Of a stretch of 64,000 nt of DNA, positions 59,056 through 64,000 are shown in pieces; position 1 is the first letter of the stretch, and each line of letters starts with the position of its first letter. The notes below the pieces were generated by a model that was given only the letters and a program-made list of their open reading frames with translations, ran no database searches and was not told the origin of the DNA. Source of the stretch: Euglena gracilis (lineage: Eukaryota); NCBI GenBank assembly GCA_039621445.1, contig CP154954.1, positions 37,185,703 through 37,249,702 on the forward strand, read 5' to 3'. The position numbers were made by a program, and so were the translations under genes.

Positions 59056-60822
59056 CTGCAGCAACGAAATACATAAAGACGCTGCTCAAATTCACAAAGG
59101 TCAGGAAGAAACCAGCAGTGCAGAACGGTCCGCAGTCACAGGGAGCCCAAATCCGACCCATTTTTGCCCATTTTTTTTATTTTCTTTGCCCATTTTTGCA
59201 CCTCCGAAAGCCAAAAATCTGCTACCGTCCAGCTGCCGTTGAGGAGCTGGAAAATAATTAAAAGTTGTAAAAGTTGTAAAAGTTGATGGAGGGGCCAGGG
59301 CTGGGAAAAGGCAGTTGGCTGGCCCCCCTCCCCGGGGGATGGGACTTCGGCGTGAGCGACGCCTGGTACCCGGTTCAGAAAAATGAGATTCCTCGACAAA
59401 ATAAACCACCCAAATTTAAAGGCCCCCCTCCTGAGGGTCTTGAAATCCTGTCCACACATACAGCCGGGGGAGGCTTTATATTTGGGGGGGTTATGTACTT
59501 TTCGGGGAACGTCAGCAACTGTCCTCCCTGGGGCTCAACAGTGTGATCCACTGGGCACTTCCGTCCGACCAGGCCACACTCCTTGGACCCCCCATTTCCC
59601 TTTGGAACCTCGGGAAACTTTTTGCGCAGGCGGGGTCGGGTTTGGGTCAATTTTTGGCCTAATATCAGGCCTGATTTGCCCAATTATCGAAATGATTTGG
59701 CCTGCGTTAGCCAGATTTCTGACCCTGACCCTTTTCCTCACCCCAACCACAATCCTGAACCTAACCTGGTTGAAAAGAACAGAACTGGCAAAAGAAGCCA
59801 AAAAATCTGGGTTGGCCCTTCAATAAAAGGGCACGTGGGGGCGGGGGCGGACCCCTCCCCGCCGGTCTAAGGGGGGGACACTCCCCACCTGAACACTGCG
59901 CGGTCTGGGTGACTGTCCCCCCCCCAAAAGGGCCAGATGTGCTATTGTGGGGACAGCGTTGAGCAAAAATTTGTCAAAAACGCAAAAAAATTCTCGGCGC
60001 AAACACCAAAAACAAAATTTGACCTTTTTGGGCGGTCCCGGGTTCCCCCCCCCGTCTTCCAGACCCCCTTAGGTGGGGGGAAGGGACCCCCTTGGTTACA
60101 CTAAACCAAGGGGGTCCCCCCCCCCGGTCCAGGAGGGGGACACCCCCCACCTGAGGTTGGCCATAGAAGACATACCCCTGCCCACGTTTGCTGCTGGGTC
60201 CCCATTTCCTAATTTGCTCTCGAATTCTGCGATCGGCTAGTTTGGGCAGTTCTTGGTCACTTTAACATTTTGCGCAAACAGAACACAACACATCTGATGT
60301 GCAATCATTGGTCATTTTTAAAATATTTTGGGAGTAAATCCCTCAATGTGACCATGAAATCACCCTAAAAAAGGCCAAAAAAATGTTCGGAATTGGCCAA
60401 AAAAATTCCAAAGCTGGCAAAATTGACAAAAATCAGCAGGGAAAAAACACAAAATGGGCTGAAAAATGGCCAAAAAAATGCAGCCGCAACCAACGAAAAT
60501 CATCATTTTGAAGGGAGATTGATGAGGAGATTGCTTCTGCACCAGAAGATGTGGATGACCTCATTTTTCTGTGAGTCACATAGCTGGCCGACGGTGACAT
60601 GTAAAATTAAAAATTACAATACATATTCACTGCATTTGTGAATTTAAAACAATCATATAAACTGTTAACACAAATTGTCAAACAACAATCAACATTGAAA
60701 ATAGAGAGGGAGGCACTGGAAGATTGTCAAAGTTCCAAAACCCACTCTGGCAGTTATGACGCCCATTTCCACAGGTGGAAACGCTTTGATAATGCAATCC
60801 AAAAACCATTGCATTGTCATAC

Positions 60823-60903
60823 ATCGTCCGCAAGCTTCTTTAATTTCTGCATTTCTTCATCCACTTGCTCTTGCCTCCCACAGCCTGCTCGGCGTCGATT
60901 CAC
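60823..60903 (-). CDS. Penultimate exon of the upstream gene (first half of SHOCT-like motif)
   Basis: CAG/GTATGA boundaries, phase 0/0. Encodes VNRRRAGCGRQEQVDEEMQKLKKLADD. Confidence 0.6.
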
Positions 60904-61564
60904 CTGTTGAAAAAGAATTACGGTTGATGGACACACAAAATGGCTCCAAATGGGCTCAGAAAAAAGCAGCCCCTCCAAACAATTTTGCCAACATAAAAGG
61001 ATTTTGAGGGGGTGCGGGGGGGGGGGGGGCGATGGCCACCCCCCCGAAGAGGCCATGAATAACTCAAAACAACAACAAGAATGGCTCCATATGGACAAAA
61101 ATGATGCCCCCCACTGTGCACAAATGATGGCAACAAAAAGACAAAAAAATGATCAGCCCGACACGACACAACGAATGAATGAGATGAAAAAAATGGAACA
61201 AATGCAAAGCAGCAAATCTCCAAGCTGCAGGTCAGCAAAACATGCAGAAGGTTCACAAAATACAAGGTGACATTTTAAACCCCCCAGCAGCTGGTTCACA
61301 ATTGTCAGGGTGTTATTTTGGGGGGTTAAAATATCGTCCTGTGCTTTGTGCACCAGCAGTGCAGCACCCAACAGTTTTATGGGTGTTTTATGGGTTTTAT
61401 GGGTAGAATTTTGACAAATGCAGTGACGATCACAGCACAAACTTCAAAATTTCTGCAGCGGTCGCACTTCACTTTTTTTTCCCAGTCGCACCAACTCAGG
61501 GCTGCCCATTATTTTTGAGATGGTGTTAAAAATCCATATTTTCACTCCAAAATAGCCTGAAAAT

Positions 61565-61668
61565 GGTAAGAGCCCAAAACATGGAAAACAGGAATGCAGC
61601 AAAATACCGTTGAACAGGTTGTCTCAAGGGCTTCATTACCCCCCACACTGTTCCCATTGGGCCGTACA
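61565..61668 (-). CDS. Probable exon of the upstream gene (hydrophobic; boundaries uncertain)
   Basis: YGPMGTVWGVMKPLRQPVQRYFAAFLFSMFWALTI. Confidence 0.4.
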
Positions 61669-61796
61669 GGGTCCGGGATAGGAACAGATTGGGGGGGGGG
61701 GGCATGGCATTTGGATTTCCCAGTCAAAAATTTTGATCTTTTGAAAACATCTTGAAATTGACGGGGAATTAAAGGAAAATGTCTGCGACCTGGGTA

Positions 61797-61936
61797 GGAT
61801 TAGTGCCCAGGGGTGTGGGAAAAATGCGGATATGCTGAAACTTGCACATTTTGAAAGAAACTGGATGGGTGCTCTGGGGACCTACGGGAACCGGTCATAT
61901 GGCCCTCAAACGTGAAACTGTTAGGGGGTTCCCATT
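61797..61936 (+). repeat. Degenerate dispersed relative of the 211-bp satellite monomer
   Basis: GGATTAGTGCC, ATGCGGATAT, CCTACGGGAACCGGTCATATGGCCCTCAAAC and GGTTCCCATT occur in the same order as in the satellite. Confidence 0.75.
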
Positions 61937-62387
61937 TTGTTCCCAGGAATGGGCATGTGTGTGGTGACAGTGGGGGCGTGGGGGGGTGTGGGGGGTATGT
62001 GCGGGATCACGGGGGGGGGGGGGGGGGGGTTCCGAAATCGCTGGAAACTCAGTTTTGAGAAGTGTCATTCACAAACAATATTGCACATTTGCATCATATG
62101 TTTTGGGGGGTCAATCAATCCCCTTTGTTTCTCAACTTCTTGAGGGCACAAAATAACATCAAAAAAAAGGGTCAAAAATGGCCAAAGATGGCCGTTTTTG
62201 GTGCTTGTTTTGGGTTTTCACCTCAAAATCTTGTCCGAAAGTAGCCAACCAGCTTTATGCATCACACCAACAAAATTAGTCGCGAAAAAAGTAAAAAAAG
62301 AACTTGCGCACAAAGGACATAGATCCTTGCCATTTACAGAGAAAGGATGATGTTCTGGGTGGGTCCCAGGGGGTGCCCCTCCCGGAC

Positions 62388-62470
62388 CGAGGAGGAAGGC
62401 CGAGTACATAAAAAAAATGATGCCACAAAAGTTGCCCACAAAAGTGGCATTCAACGACGTCGACGTGTGA
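62388..62470 (-). CDS. Probable exon of the upstream gene (transmembrane-like; boundaries uncertain)
   Basis: SLNATFVGNFCGIIFFMYSAFLL. Confidence 0.35.
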
Positions 62471-62684
62471 GGTGACAGCAGGGTGTGTGGGACAGTGGGG
62501 GGGGGGTGTGGGGGGTGCTGACGACATCACTCTCATTTTTTGAATTTTTTGATAATCTGCTCCATTTTTGTCAAACATCCCAAAATTACTCAAAATGACC
62601 CGACATGGGAGTGAGTAATTGGTCTTACATTGGGTTATGGTAATGCTCGGGGGGACTAGCCCCCCTCCCCCCCCCCCCCCGAGT

Positions 62685-63839
62685 CAAGCACCTATTGACA
62701 GATTCCAAATTTTTAGCCTGGCAGTCGGCTGCGGGTCGGGCCGCGGTCGGCTGCGGTCGCTGCGGTCACAAGGGTAGTTGGCTGTAGGTGGGGGGCAGGC
62801 CAACAAAACAGGTGGGGGGGCAGGCCAACAAAAAAAATGAGCATATATAACAATCACACAATCCACTGTTGCCGACTTTTGGCCACTTTTCACTGCTTTT
62901 GGCCAGCTTTTGATGCTTTTGGACTGCTTTTGGCCACTGTTGCCGACTTTTGGTCGACTTTTGCTGCCTTTGCCCATTATTTCCTGCCTTTTGCTTTGTT
63001 TTGGTCACTTTTGTTGCTTTCGCCCACTTTTTGCTGTGTTTTGGCTGCTTTTGGCCAGCTTTTGCTTTGCTTTGACCTCTTTTGACCACTTTTGGCCTCT
63101 TTAACCCACTTTTGACTACTTTTCTCTGCTTTTGGCCATTTTTACCCACCTCTGGCCACTTTCAGGCCACTTTAGACATCAAGAGCAGCCAAACTTGACC
63201 TAAGAATGGCCTAAAAGTGGCAAAACATGGTTAAAATCGCCAAAAGTTCCAAAAGCAGACAAAAATAACAAAAAAAATGCCCCCAAAATGGCCCAAAATG
63301 ACTCTGCTTTTGGCCAATTTGGGTCACTTTAGCAGCTTTTGTTCACTTTTGGCAACAAACTGGCGCAAAATGCTCAAAATGGTCAAATTGGACCAAAAAG
63401 AGACCAAAAAAATGGGCAAAAATAACAAAAGAAAAGGTCGAAAGCGGCTTTAAATAGTCAAAAATGGCCCAAAATGGCCCAGAATGGCCCAAGAGCAGGA
63501 CAAAATGGCCCAAAATTACAAGAAGTGGGCAAAAAGTGGCCAAAAACGGTCAAAATAGGTCAAAATGGGTGAATTATGGTGGCAAATGGGCCAAAAGGGG
63601 ACAAAAGCGACCAAAAATGGCCAAAAGTGGCCAAAAGTGACAACATGAGCCAGATGAGCCAGAAAAATCTCAACATCTGGGATAAAAATGAGCCTAATTC
63701 CTCATTCTCACTGAAAAATTGACATCAATTAGAAAAAAGTTGCGCGGTCGGCTGCGGTCGGATGCGGTCGGCACCCCACCTATGACAGTCCTGAAACCCG
63801 CGGTCGGCCGCGGTCGGCTGCGGTTGGCATAGGTGCCTG
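62685..63839. mobile_element. Degenerate TIR element related to hAT-like family B
   Basis: Ends CAAGCACCTAT/ATAGGTGCCTG, GCGGTCGG subterminal repeats and TGGCCAAAA-type internal repeats. No TSD seen. Confidence 0.55.
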
Positions 63840-64000
63840 TTTCCCCCCTACACATCCCCCCACACACCCCACACTTACACCTAACACTCACAATTTTGGG
63901 ACTTCCTGCCAAAATTGTTGACCACTTTGCCATAATTTTGGGCTCTTTTGCCAAAACGCCTGGGACCTTTCACCAAAATTTTTGAGATTCCGTTATGGAG

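Noticed and set aside
60514-60570. Possible + strand exon (EIDEEIASAPEDVDDLIF, GTGAGT donor)
   Set aside because: Isolated, with no partner exons identified, and it lies within an intron of the - strand gene.

Overview
Eukaryotic repeat-rich DNA. One non-canonical, stem-closed CAG...CTG intron suggests a euglenid (inference). 1-4504 is a ~211-bp tandem satellite. 4505-32484 holds two back-to-back copies of one chromodomain-bearing Ty3/Gypsy LTR retrotransposon family: a 5'-truncated copy on - (4505-15740) and a full-length but degenerate, probably chimeric copy on + (15741-32484). The family is the most unusual feature of the window. Its pol carries a DIRS/phage-Dam-like adenine-methyltransferase domain between protease and RT. 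A ~1800-codon extra sense ORF after the chromodomain contains an 8-Cys PHD/ADD-like finger. Gag and pol are in frame, separated by a TAG and a strong hairpin, which suggests readthrough. The 428-bp LTRs end TG...CT rather than TG...CA. 34495-58473 is a 10-exon alpha-kinase (eEF2K/MHCK-type) gene with a C-terminal EF-hand-like region on -, whose introns are filled with nested non-autonomous TIR transposons (8-bp, 5-bp, 6-bp and TA target duplications). 58942-62470 contains 3' exons of an upstream membrane-protein gene with a SHOCT-like end. All domain calls come from motif recognition by eye, not from database searches.
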